Source: a virus
Taxonomy: Duplodnaviria > Caudoviricetes
DNA: 64,000 bases
Direction: 5' to 3' (one strand)
IMG/VR virus record: IMGVR_UViG_3300049857_000028
Coordinates: 7,023-71,022 of that record
The translations under genes and the position numbers were made by a program. Positions 9,208 through 16,756 of the stretch are shown here, piece by piece (the stretch's first letter is position 1; every line of letters begins with the position of its first letter). The notes beneath the pieces are model-generated. The model worked only from the letters and a program-made list of their open reading frames with translations, was not told the DNA's origin and did no database searches.

Positions 9208-9711
9208 ATGTCGGTAAACTTGTTTCTATATGGAAAAACTAGAACCGGTGACTTTCACGCTTTTGGTGGTGGTTTTGTTGAGTCAACTGCTAGTGTTGAT
9301 CCTATGGTTTTCTTAGGACCGATGGTGAAGGTTATTGATAATGCAGTCCTCTATAAAGGAACAAGAGTCGTAGGTCAATCAATTGTCTCTAACAATGCTG
9401 TTGTAGGGAGACCTGAAGATGCCAGTAAAATTACAGATTCTCAAATTCAGCAAGGATTGTTCTTTGTATTAATTTCGCAACAATCGGTTGTAAGAGACAA
9501 TACTCAAGTGTATAATGAATCTCAGAAGATAGAAACTCCAGTGATGATTTTAGGATATTCTAGAGTAAAGGATAACGCTATTATTAAACAAGGTACGTTT
9601 AAAGATCAAGCTGTAATTCGAGACAATACAGTGGTTCCAGTACCTTTCTATCTTCCCGAATATTTTAACTATAAATCATCGCCTATAAATGTTACAGGAG
9701 AAAACGGTTAA
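9208..9711 (+). CDS. Hypothetical protein with left-handed beta-helix (hexapeptide)-like repeats
   Basis: Recurrent DNA(V/I)/NNAVV hexad pattern. Confidence 0.55.
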   Translation: MSVNLFLYGKTRTGDFHAFGGGFVESTASVDPMVFLGPMVKVIDNAVLYKGTRVVGQSIVSNNAVVGRPEDASKITDSQIQQGLFFVLISQQSVVRDNTQVYNESQKIETPVMILGYSRVKDNAIIKQGTFKDQAVIRDNTVVPVPFYLPEYFNYKSSPINVTGENG

Positions 9712-9725
9712 TTAAAGGAGACAAA

Positions 9726-10787
9726 ATGGAAGAGACAAACGCCCTTATTTTGCTTGATTCAAATACAGATATTAAAGTCGTAAAGCCGGGTAAAGCTTTA
9801 CCAGCGGCTATTAAAAAAGATCCTGAGGCTGTTCATACGGCAAAAGTTAGCGGTGGATTCGTTAGACTTTTTCCTTCTTTCTATCAAGTAAATAATCAAA
9901 ATGTGGTTGATCCTAAAACTAAAAAGAAAATTACTGAAAAAGCTACTTTTACAAGATATCTGCAAGTTCCCGGACAAGAGAAAACGGCTATCTTTACTAC
10001 TAAAGAGGTTTATTTTATTCCTCTTGATATTAAATTTGCCCGTCAACTTTATCTAGGTAAATATGATGCTAAAGATGTTAAGCCGCCGGATTGCCAATCT
10101 GTAAATGGCATTGTTCCACAAACAAATAAAATTGCCAAATCTTGCGATGAGTGTCCTCATTCCAAATGGCAAAATCAAACTCCTCCACCTTGTGGGGAGA
10201 TGCCAGAGATTCTAGCTTTGGATATGACATCTAAAGTAATTAAAGACCCTGAGGAAGCTCAAGCCGTTACGAAAGAAGCGGTGACTCTTTCATTCAAAAA
10301 ATCGGCTATTGCTCCTCTTAAAAAATTGATGAAAGAATTAGCTGAACCAGTTCTCTTCGATGATGGGTCTTATGGACAAATTGATATGACTCAATATATG
10401 GTCAAAGTTACCTTGGAGGTTGCTATTGATGGAGAAGGCAAAGAAGCTAATTATTGTGTCCCAACTTTTGAAATCGTGGGTCAAGTACCTTTTGAGGTCT
10501 CTGAACAGCTTCTTCAAATGCTCAATTCTCAAGTTCCTAATCAAGGCAATAAAACCGTCCGTGAACTATTTGTTGGACGAACTGAACCTTTTACCGATGT
10601 TTCTGCTGAAGAGCCTGAAGCTCCGGTACAAAATGCAAAAGTATCAGGAGCCGCTCCTCCCCCTGCAAAGCAAGAAAAAGCAGAAACTGTTACTATCGAT
10701 GTTGAGGTATCTGAACCGGAGGAAGTCCCTGAAGAATCAGTTGCTCCAGTACCGGTTGAATCAGATGATGACGAAGTAGTATTCTAA
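9726..10787 (+). CDS. Putative ssDNA-binding/annealing protein
   Basis: Cys cluster (CQS, CDECPHSKW, PPPC) and an acidic tail ending SDDDEVVF; adjacent to the helicase. Function inferred. Confidence 0.55.
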   Translation: MEETNALILLDSNTDIKVVKPGKALPAAIKKDPEAVHTAKVSGGFVRLFPSFYQVNNQNVVDPKTKKKITEKATFTRYLQVPGQEKTAIFTTKEVYFIPLDIKFARQLYLGKYDAKDVKPPDCQSVNGIVPQTNKIAKSCDECPHSKWQNQTPPPCGEMPEILALDMTSKVIKDPEEAQAVTKEAVTLSFKKSAIAPLKKLMKELAEPVLFDDGSYGQIDMTQYMVKVTLEVAIDGEGKEANYCVPTFEIVGQVPFEVSEQLLQMLNSQVPNQGNKTVRELFVGRTEPFTDVSAEEPEAPVQNAKVSGAAPPPAKQEKAETVTIDVEVSEPEEVPEESVAPVPVESDDDEVVF

Positions 10788-12350
10788 ATGCACATTAAAA
10801 TTAAAGTAGGTCCAACAACCTCAACCATTTTGAAAGCGAATACGCAAATCTTAACTGCTATTTCAGATTTATGCTCATATCAAAAAGTGTCTGAAAGAGC
10901 TAAAAAGTATTCTAAAGCTTGCCAAAGTGGTTGGGATGGAAAGATCTCTTTAGTTGATAGATTCTCAGGTAATGTTCCAACAGGTTTAGTTCCTAAAATT
11001 GTAAGATGGTTAAAAGATGAGGGTCATACGGTTGAACTTGAAAAACACCTCCCATCAACTAATGAATCGAAAAAATTGGAAGAAATCCATGCTGGCCCAC
11101 GCCTACGGGTATACCAAAGGGAAGCCGTATCAAAATTCATACGAGCCAAGAGAGGCATTTTACAACTCCCTACTGGAGCGGGAAAAACTGAAATTGCTGT
11201 TGGAATTGTTGGAGAACTTAAAAGAAATACAATCTTCTTTGTACACACAAAAGAACTGGTTAAACAAGCAAAAGAACGTTTCGAGTTATATTATCCAACA
11301 GTCAAGATCGGGTCAATTGGTGATGGGAACATCGACCCCGGACCTATTACAATTGCATCTATTCAAACTATATCTTCGTGGCTTATCCCTCCTAAGGAGC
11401 CTGTTCAAAAATCTACTGAGCTTACTACGGTTTTTCAAGAACGTTACCAAAAATATTTAGATAAAATGGAAGAATGGAAAACTTTAAATGATCGAGCTAA
11501 AAAATTTCTTTCTAAATTCCCTGTTGCTATTTTTGATGAGTGCCATCATTTGGCTGCGGATACCTTCTTCACTTGCGCCCAAGCTTGTGAGGGAGCCGAA
11601 TATCTTCTGGCCCTCTCCGCTACGCCATTTAGAGACGATGGGGCCGATCTGCTTATTGAGGCCGGATCTGGCTCAACAATATACTCACTCACTTTATCAG
11701 ATCTTGTCAAAATGGGCTACCTTCTACCGGCTGAAATACATATCCACGACTACCCGCCTCTTCCGCCGATGAATTTAAGTTCAAGCTATGCTGAACAATA
11801 TAAAGTATGTATTACACAAAATGAGGATAGAAATGCTAAAATTGTTAAAATCATCAAAGAAGAAGTCTCAAAGGGTAAAACTATTCTCGTTATCTGTAGG
11901 GAGATTGAGCATATCAATCTACTTTCGGAAGCCTGTGAATTTGAAAAAATTGATCATAGAACTGTTCACGCAAAAACTAAGGATAGAGAAAAACGTCTTG
12001 AAGCATTCAAGAATGGTGACGTACCTGTTCTCATTGGGTCAACGATATTTGATGAAGGTGTGGATATCCCCGCCGTCGATGTCATTATATTGGCCGGAGC
12101 CGGAAAATCAAGGGTCAAGTCCTACCAACGAATTGGACGTTCTCTTCGGATCTTCCCCGGAAAAACATTTTCTATAATTCACGATTTTAGGGATCAAGTC
12201 AAACCGTTTTATTACCACTCATTAGAAAGATTAAAATTATATAATGCTGAAGATTGTTTTACTGTTATTAAACATTATAAGAAAAAAGAAAGAAATGTTA
12301 TTAAAAAACAATTAATGATTAGTAAAAAATTGGAGATGTTTGATGTCTGA
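10788..12350 (+). CDS. Superfamily 2 helicase (UvsW/XPB-like)
   Basis: LRVYQ, PTGAGKT, DECHH, SATP, EGVDIP, QRIGRSLR. Confidence 0.93.
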   Translation: MHIKIKVGPTTSTILKANTQILTAISDLCSYQKVSERAKKYSKACQSGWDGKISLVDRFSGNVPTGLVPKIVRWLKDEGHTVELEKHLPSTNESKKLEEIHAGPRLRVYQREAVSKFIRAKRGILQLPTGAGKTEIAVGIVGELKRNTIFFVHTKELVKQAKERFELYYPTVKIGSIGDGNIDPGPITIASIQTISSWLIPPKEPVQKSTELTTVFQERYQKYLDKMEEWKTLNDRAKKFLSKFPVAIFDECHHLAADTFFTCAQACEGAEYLLALSATPFRDDGADLLIEAGSGSTIYSLTLSDLVKMGYLLPAEIHIHDYPPLPPMNLSSSYAEQYKVCITQNEDRNAKIVKIIKEEVSKGKTILVICREIEHINLLSEACEFEKIDHRTVHAKTKDREKRLEAFKNGDVPVLIGSTIFDEGVDIPAVDVIILAGAGKSRVKSYQRIGRSLRIFPGKTFSIIHDFRDQVKPFYYHSLERLKLYNAEDCFTVIKHYKKKERNVIKKQLMISKKLEMFDV

Positions 12351-12756
12351 TTTAGAAGATGAATTTTTAATGGGAACTGGAATTTCGATGTCTGATGTAA
12401 ATCAAAAATTTAATTTTGAAGTGGATCAAGCTTTTGTTTTGAATAATCTAGCTCAATCTATTCATTCGGATAATGCTAGAAAAGGTTTTTGGGAAAATTC
12501 AACTCACGGTTATGAATCTAAAGCTACAAAAATTGCTTTAATTCACTCTGAGCTTTCTGAGATGCTGGAAGGTTTAAGGGGTAAAAAAATGGACGATAAA
12601 CTAGAGCATCGGACAATGGAGGAAACTGAACTTGCAGATGCACTCATTCGTATTTTTGATTACGCTGGTGGCTATGGTCTTGACCTTGGCGGAGCGGTTA
12701 TGGAAAAATTGGCCTATAATCGCCAAAGACCATACAAACATGGGAAGGAATTTTAA
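12340..12756 (+). CDS. MazG-like all-alpha NTP pyrophosphatase
   Basis: IALIHSELSEMLE and ETELADALIRIFD. Confidence 0.85.
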   Translation: MMSDLEDEFLMGTGISMSDVNQKFNFEVDQAFVLNNLAQSIHSDNARKGFWENSTHGYESKATKIALIHSELSEMLEGLRGKKMDDKLEHRTMEETELADALIRIFDYAGGYGLDLGGAVMEKLAYNRQRPYKHGKEF

Positions 12757-12846
12757 TGGGGTATGCAGATATTGTTTAAATAAAACAGGGCATTCTTTAG
12801 TAAATGTTTGTTATAGTTGTGAATATAATATAAAGGAAGAAGATTA

Positions 12847-13326
12847 ATGTATCAATTATATCAAGTAGATAGTATTAAAGATATTGAACCGAATAAAGAA
12901 TTTATGATGGAAGACTACAAAGGTTCTTTTGTTAAATTTACAAAGAAATTAAAATACTTTCAATTTTTAAGTTTAGTTTTAGGCTACATAAAAATAGAAA
13001 AATATGATTACGATGAAAAAACACCTCGTTCAGAGCTTAAAGGCATTTACCAAGCCTTTGAAACGAATTCAGAAGATTTGCTATCTTTTGTCTATAATTA
13101 TGCAAAAAATGTAGATGATCTTAAAAAAGGAGATGTTTTAATTCTACCTTATTCAGGTTTTCAAACAGTTGTAGAAGATAGTATCTATATCGGAGAACCT
13201 AAAAGTAATACTTTAGTTACTACGGATAAAGGAACCTCTAAATTCCCTTCTGGAAACTATGTGCTCGTAAGAAATCCTAACCACTATAGTTTGAAAAATA
13301 AAGTGAAAGGTAAGAAAAAGAAATGA
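12847..13326 (+). CDS. Hypothetical protein
   Basis: 159-aa ORF. Confidence 0.6.
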   Translation: MYQLYQVDSIKDIEPNKEFMMEDYKGSFVKFTKKLKYFQFLSLVLGYIKIEKYDYDEKTPRSELKGIYQAFETNSEDLLSFVYNYAKNVDDLKKGDVLILPYSGFQTVVEDSIYIGEPKSNTLVTTDKGTSKFPSGNYVLVRNPNHYSLKNKVKGKKKK

Positions 13327-13466
13327 GTATGAATGATCCTACGCCTACTTACATTCCGCCATATCAACCAGTAGGGACCACAATACCGGAGAAAGATTAT
13401 ATTCTATCTCAAATTTTACTTGAACTTAAACAAATTAAAAAATTATTGGAGAAAAAGAATGACTGA
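13323..13466 (+). CDS. Small hypothetical protein (47 aa)
   Basis: Hand-translated MSMNDPTPTYIPPYQP...; overlaps both neighbours. Confidence 0.45.
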   Translation: MSMNDPTPTYIPPYQPVGTTIPEKDYILSQILLELKQIKKLLEKKND

Positions 13467-13821
13467 AGAAGAATTACAAGATGCCTTATTAGCATCGGAA
13501 GCTAAAGCCGCCGCATGGGAACAGAAGGCCAGCACGCTTTTGATTGCTATACAAACCAAGCTTACAGATGAAGTAGTTTCTGGATTATGGGCTGATTATA
13601 CGGCTGAACACGGGACATATCCAGATTCTTTCGTTCAACTCCAACAGGCTGCTGCCGCTTCATTACCGGAAGCTTCTGAGCAAGAACCTATTCGTCAGGT
13701 AGTTAAGCATATTCTGGAAATGATCCCGGACGAAAATACTTTAAATATGAGCAAAGTAGCTGATGTATCGGTTGCTCTATCTAATCTTTCGCCTATAGCA
13801 AAAATGTGGGCTCAATTTTAG
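13459..13821 (+). CDS. Hypothetical protein
   Basis: Likely start ATG at 13459 (MTEEELQDALL) within ORF 13420-13821. Confidence 0.6.
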   Translation: MTEEELQDALLASEAKAAAWEQKASTLLIAIQTKLTDEVVSGLWADYTAEHGTYPDSFVQLQQAAAASLPEASEQEPIRQVVKHILEMIPDENTLNMSKVADVSVALSNLSPIAKMWAQF

Positions 13822-13830
13822 GAGATAAAT

Positions 13831-14682
13831 ATGCCCGAATTATTTAACTGGTATACGGACAAAAAAATTGATTTACCAGAAGCAATCGAAAAAGCCAAAA
13901 CTTTTAGAGGTGCCAATTTAGCCGATGTCGATTTAATCTATGCCAATTTAGCCGATGTCGATTTAATCTATGCCAATTTAGCCGGTGCCGATTTAACCGG
14001 TGCCAATTTATCCGGTGCCAATTTAAGCGGTGCCAATTTAAGCGGTGCCAATTTAACCGATGCCAATTTAACCGGTGCCAATTTAACCGGTGCCTATTTA
14101 AGCGGTGCCAATTTAAGCGGTGCCAATTTAACCCGTGCCTATTTAATCCGTGCCAATTTAATCTATGCCAATTTAACCCGTGCTAATTTAACCGGTGCCA
14201 ATCTAACCGGTGCCGATTTAACCCGTGCCTATTTAATCCGTGCTAATTTAACCGGTGCCAATCTAACCGGTGCCGATTTAACCCGTGCCTATTTAATCCG
14301 TGCCGATTTAACCGGTGCCAATTTAGCCGGGACATGTTTAGACCTTAATCAACCGATAAAAGGCTTAACCAAAGAACAAGCCAAAGAATTAGGGTTTGAA
14401 ATTAAAAGTAATTACGTTTTTGGTTATCGTACAAAAAATCAATACTTAAATACCTCTAAAAAATCATATGAAGTCGGAAAAACCTATCAATCGCATGTTT
14501 TCAGTCACGGTATTGTTACAGAATGTCATCCCGGTTTGTTTTTTCACCCTTCTTTGGATTATATTAAAGAAAATTATAATTCGCATAAAGGTTACATAAA
14601 AGTAAAAGTAAAAATAGGTAATTTTATAAAAGCCGGTGAAAAATACAGAACACCAGAATTTGAAGTTATTGAGGTCTTTTAG
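13831..14682 (+). CDS. Pentapeptide repeat protein, copy 1 (28 repeats plus C-terminal globular domain)
   Basis: A(N/D)L(T/S)G-type repeats; AGGAG RBS. Confidence 0.9.
   Translation: MPELFNWYTDKKIDLPEAIEKAKTFRGANLADVDLIYANLADVDLIYANLAGADLTGANLSGANLSGANLSGANLTDANLTGANLTGAYLSGANLSGANLTRAYLIRANLIYANLTRANLTGANLTGADLTRAYLIRANLTGANLTGADLTRAYLIRADLTGANLAGTCLDLNQPIKGLTKEQAKELGFEIKSNYVFGYRTKNQYLNTSKKSYEVGKTYQSHVFSHGIVTECHPGLFFHPSLDYIKENYNSHKGYIKVKVKIGNFIKAGEKYRTPEFEVIEVF
13912..14331 (+). repeat. 15-bp coding tandem repeat (consensus gccaatttaaccggt), 28 units
   Basis: Visible directly in the DNA. Confidence 0.95.
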
Positions 14683-14691
14683 GAGATAAAT

Positions 14692-14940
14692 ATGCCTTCT
14701 TTTAATAGTGTTGAAATAAGAGTTATAGAACAATTATATTATAAGGAAGGGAAACCTATTTGGATTTATCCTTCTACAAAAAATGAATTAATAAATAAAT
14801 GTATTATTGATTGCGATCCTCAAACAAATGGTTGTACTATTACAGAGTATGGCAAGAAAGTTTTTAAGTTTCATCAGGCTATTAAAGCTGGCTTAGTGAA
14901 AACTAAAAAATCAGAATGCCACGGGTGCGGAGGATGCTAA
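14692..14940 (+). CDS. Hypothetical protein
   Basis: 82-aa ORF with RBS; ends CHGCGGC. Confidence 0.6.
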   Translation: MPSFNSVEIRVIEQLYYKEGKPIWIYPSTKNELINKCIIDCDPQTNGCTITEYGKKVFKFHQAIKAGLVKTKKSECHGCGGC

Positions 14941-15416
14941 ATAAAATTGTACAGTTCCTAATTGTTTTATTTTTCCTAGCTTTGCTATTTGCTCAAGCGT
15001 ATACTTATGGAGATACGCTGCAAGCTGGTATTTCAAATACAAGAGTTCTCCCATCTTCAGAAACGAAGTGGAAGGTTACTGCTACTCTGCTTGAGACAAA
15101 TGCCCCTAATCGTTTCAAAGAAGTTTCTAGACCTATCTGGATATTAAGGGAGAAAGAGGGTAAAATAACCCTTAGTAATCCCCGTACTACCGCTATAGAT
15201 ACGATTGATATTGATGATGTAGAGGATTATTATGACGGTGAATTAATGTTCGGGTATACCTACCATACAACATCAAGAATTGTATCAGAACACTTGAACT
15301 TTAGGTTAAATGGTGATACATTTGAAGGTATAACACTAATGGAATATACCTTTAAGAAATCTAAACCTCTTTACTATTATGCTAAATATAAAATAGTAGG
15401 ACAAAGGATTAAATAG
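14916..15416 (+). CDS. Hypothetical exported or membrane-anchored protein
   Basis: N-terminal hydrophobic segment IVQFLIVLFFLALLFAQA. Confidence 0.6.
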   Translation: MPRVRRMLNKIVQFLIVLFFLALLFAQAYTYGDTLQAGISNTRVLPSSETKWKVTATLLETNAPNRFKEVSRPIWILREKEGKITLSNPRTTAIDTIDIDDVEDYYDGELMFGYTYHTTSRIVSEHLNFRLNGDTFEGITLMEYTFKKSKPLYYYAKYKIVGQRIK

Positions 15417-15425
15417 GAGATAACT

Positions 15426-16106
15426 TTGAAAGTTGAATACATCACCCATATGGGCGATGATCTTATGGTCGTCGATGCAGCTAGAGTTTCATTTGACAAG
15501 AAAAGTGAATGGGAATCTGATTTTAACGAAGAAGTTTTAAAAGAATCGGATAAAAAGCTTATTCAATATTTAGCTGAAAATGGTCATTGGACTCCTTTTG
15601 CTCATCCTCAAATTCAAGTTCGCATGACTGTTCCTATTTTTGTAGCTAATCAATTAAAAAGACATCAGATAGGGTTAGCTGTAAACGAAGTTTCACGTCG
15701 ATATGTAGATGATGAGCCTGAATTTTATATCCCTACGGAATGGAGAGCCAGACCGGATAAGTCTATTAAACAAGGGAGTTCTGATGAGATTATTACTGAA
15801 TTTATCTCTGGCCCAAATCAATATATAACATTAAGTGAAGGGTATGAGAGTAGTATTATGGAAGCTTTGAATTGTTATCAAGGAATGATCGAAGCTGGTG
15901 TAGCCCCTGAAATGGCTAGAATGGTTCTTCCTCAATCTATGTTTACGTCTTGGATCTGGACGGGTTCATTAATGGCTTTTTTACGAATTTATCAACAGCG
16001 CTCAGATCCCCATGCTCAAAAAGAATCTCAAGAAATAGCACGTCAGTTAAAGGAAATCATTCAGCCTTTATTTCCTGTTTCATGGGCTGCTTGGTTTGAA
16101 TGGTAA
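15426..16106 (+). CDS. thyX: FAD-dependent thymidylate synthase
   Basis: AARVSF, HWTPF, QLKRH, NEVSRRY, ARMVLP, HAQKE. Confidence 0.97.
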   Translation: MKVEYITHMGDDLMVVDAARVSFDKKSEWESDFNEEVLKESDKKLIQYLAENGHWTPFAHPQIQVRMTVPIFVANQLKRHQIGLAVNEVSRRYVDDEPEFYIPTEWRARPDKSIKQGSSDEIITEFISGPNQYITLSEGYESSIMEALNCYQGMIEAGVAPEMARMVLPQSMFTSWIWTGSLMAFLRIYQQRSDPHAQKESQEIARQLKEIIQPLFPVSWAAWFEW

Positions 16107-16118
16107 AGGAGAATAAAA

Positions 16119-16217
16119 ATGGCTAAAAAGAAACAAAGAAAACCGGCTGGAAAGCAAAATGGTAAATCAGTACCACCTCCACCGAAACCTACGAATAAAG
16201 GGAAAAAGAAAAGATGA
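16119..16217 (+). CDS. Very small Lys/Pro-rich protein (32 aa)
   Basis: MAKKKQRKPAGKQNGKSVPPPPKPTNKGKKKR, with AAGGAG RBS. Confidence 0.5.
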   Translation: MAKKKQRKPAGKQNGKSVPPPPKPTNKGKKKR

Positions 16218-16501
16218 CACTCAGAGACTACCCATCAGCTATTTGCCATGATTGCGGTATGAAGTATGGTAGACGAGCACCTCATATTGCTTGCTATCAT
16301 ACTTCGGAATGTGATTTATGCGGTCAAACCGCTAGCCTTACTGAACCTAGAGATTATGGTCATTTAAATGAGAAGAAAATTGAAAAAGAGTTAAAAATTA
16401 AGTTTAAAAAACTTGAGCTTACTCAAGAGCTTAAGGATTTATCCTTTATGATGAATTATATGTTAGAATCTCCGCAAATAAAGCGAAGAATAGAGGAATA
16501 A
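16214..16501 (+). CDS. Hypothetical Zn-finger protein
   Basis: CHDC and CDLC motifs. Confidence 0.55.
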   Translation: MTLRDYPSAICHDCGMKYGRRAPHIACYHTSECDLCGQTASLTEPRDYGHLNEKKIEKELKIKFKKLELTQELKDLSFMMNYMLESPQIKRRIEE

Positions 16502-16508
16502 TCTCCGC

Positions 16509-16754
16509 ATGGAACTAGCTGTAATAACAATGGTTTTAACTTTTTTAGGGCATAAGATATCTGATCAACTGGATCATAAACATGAGAAGGTTGAAATGAT
16601 GTCTAGGCTATGTTTTGAAAAGAATGAATGTGAGCCTTTGAAGCAGTATCTAATGCGTAATAAACTAAAATCTGTAGAACAGGATAAGCTAAATTTAGAG
16701 GAACCTCCTAGACAGGTGATAACACCTCTAGATGAGATAAAAGAGTTACCTTAA
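16509..16754 (+). CDS. Hypothetical protein
   Basis: 81-aa ORF. Confidence 0.55.
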   Translation: MELAVITMVLTFLGHKISDQLDHKHEKVEMMSRLCFEKNECEPLKQYLMRNKLKSVEQDKLNLEEPPRQVITPLDEIKELP

Positions 16755-16756
16755 TC

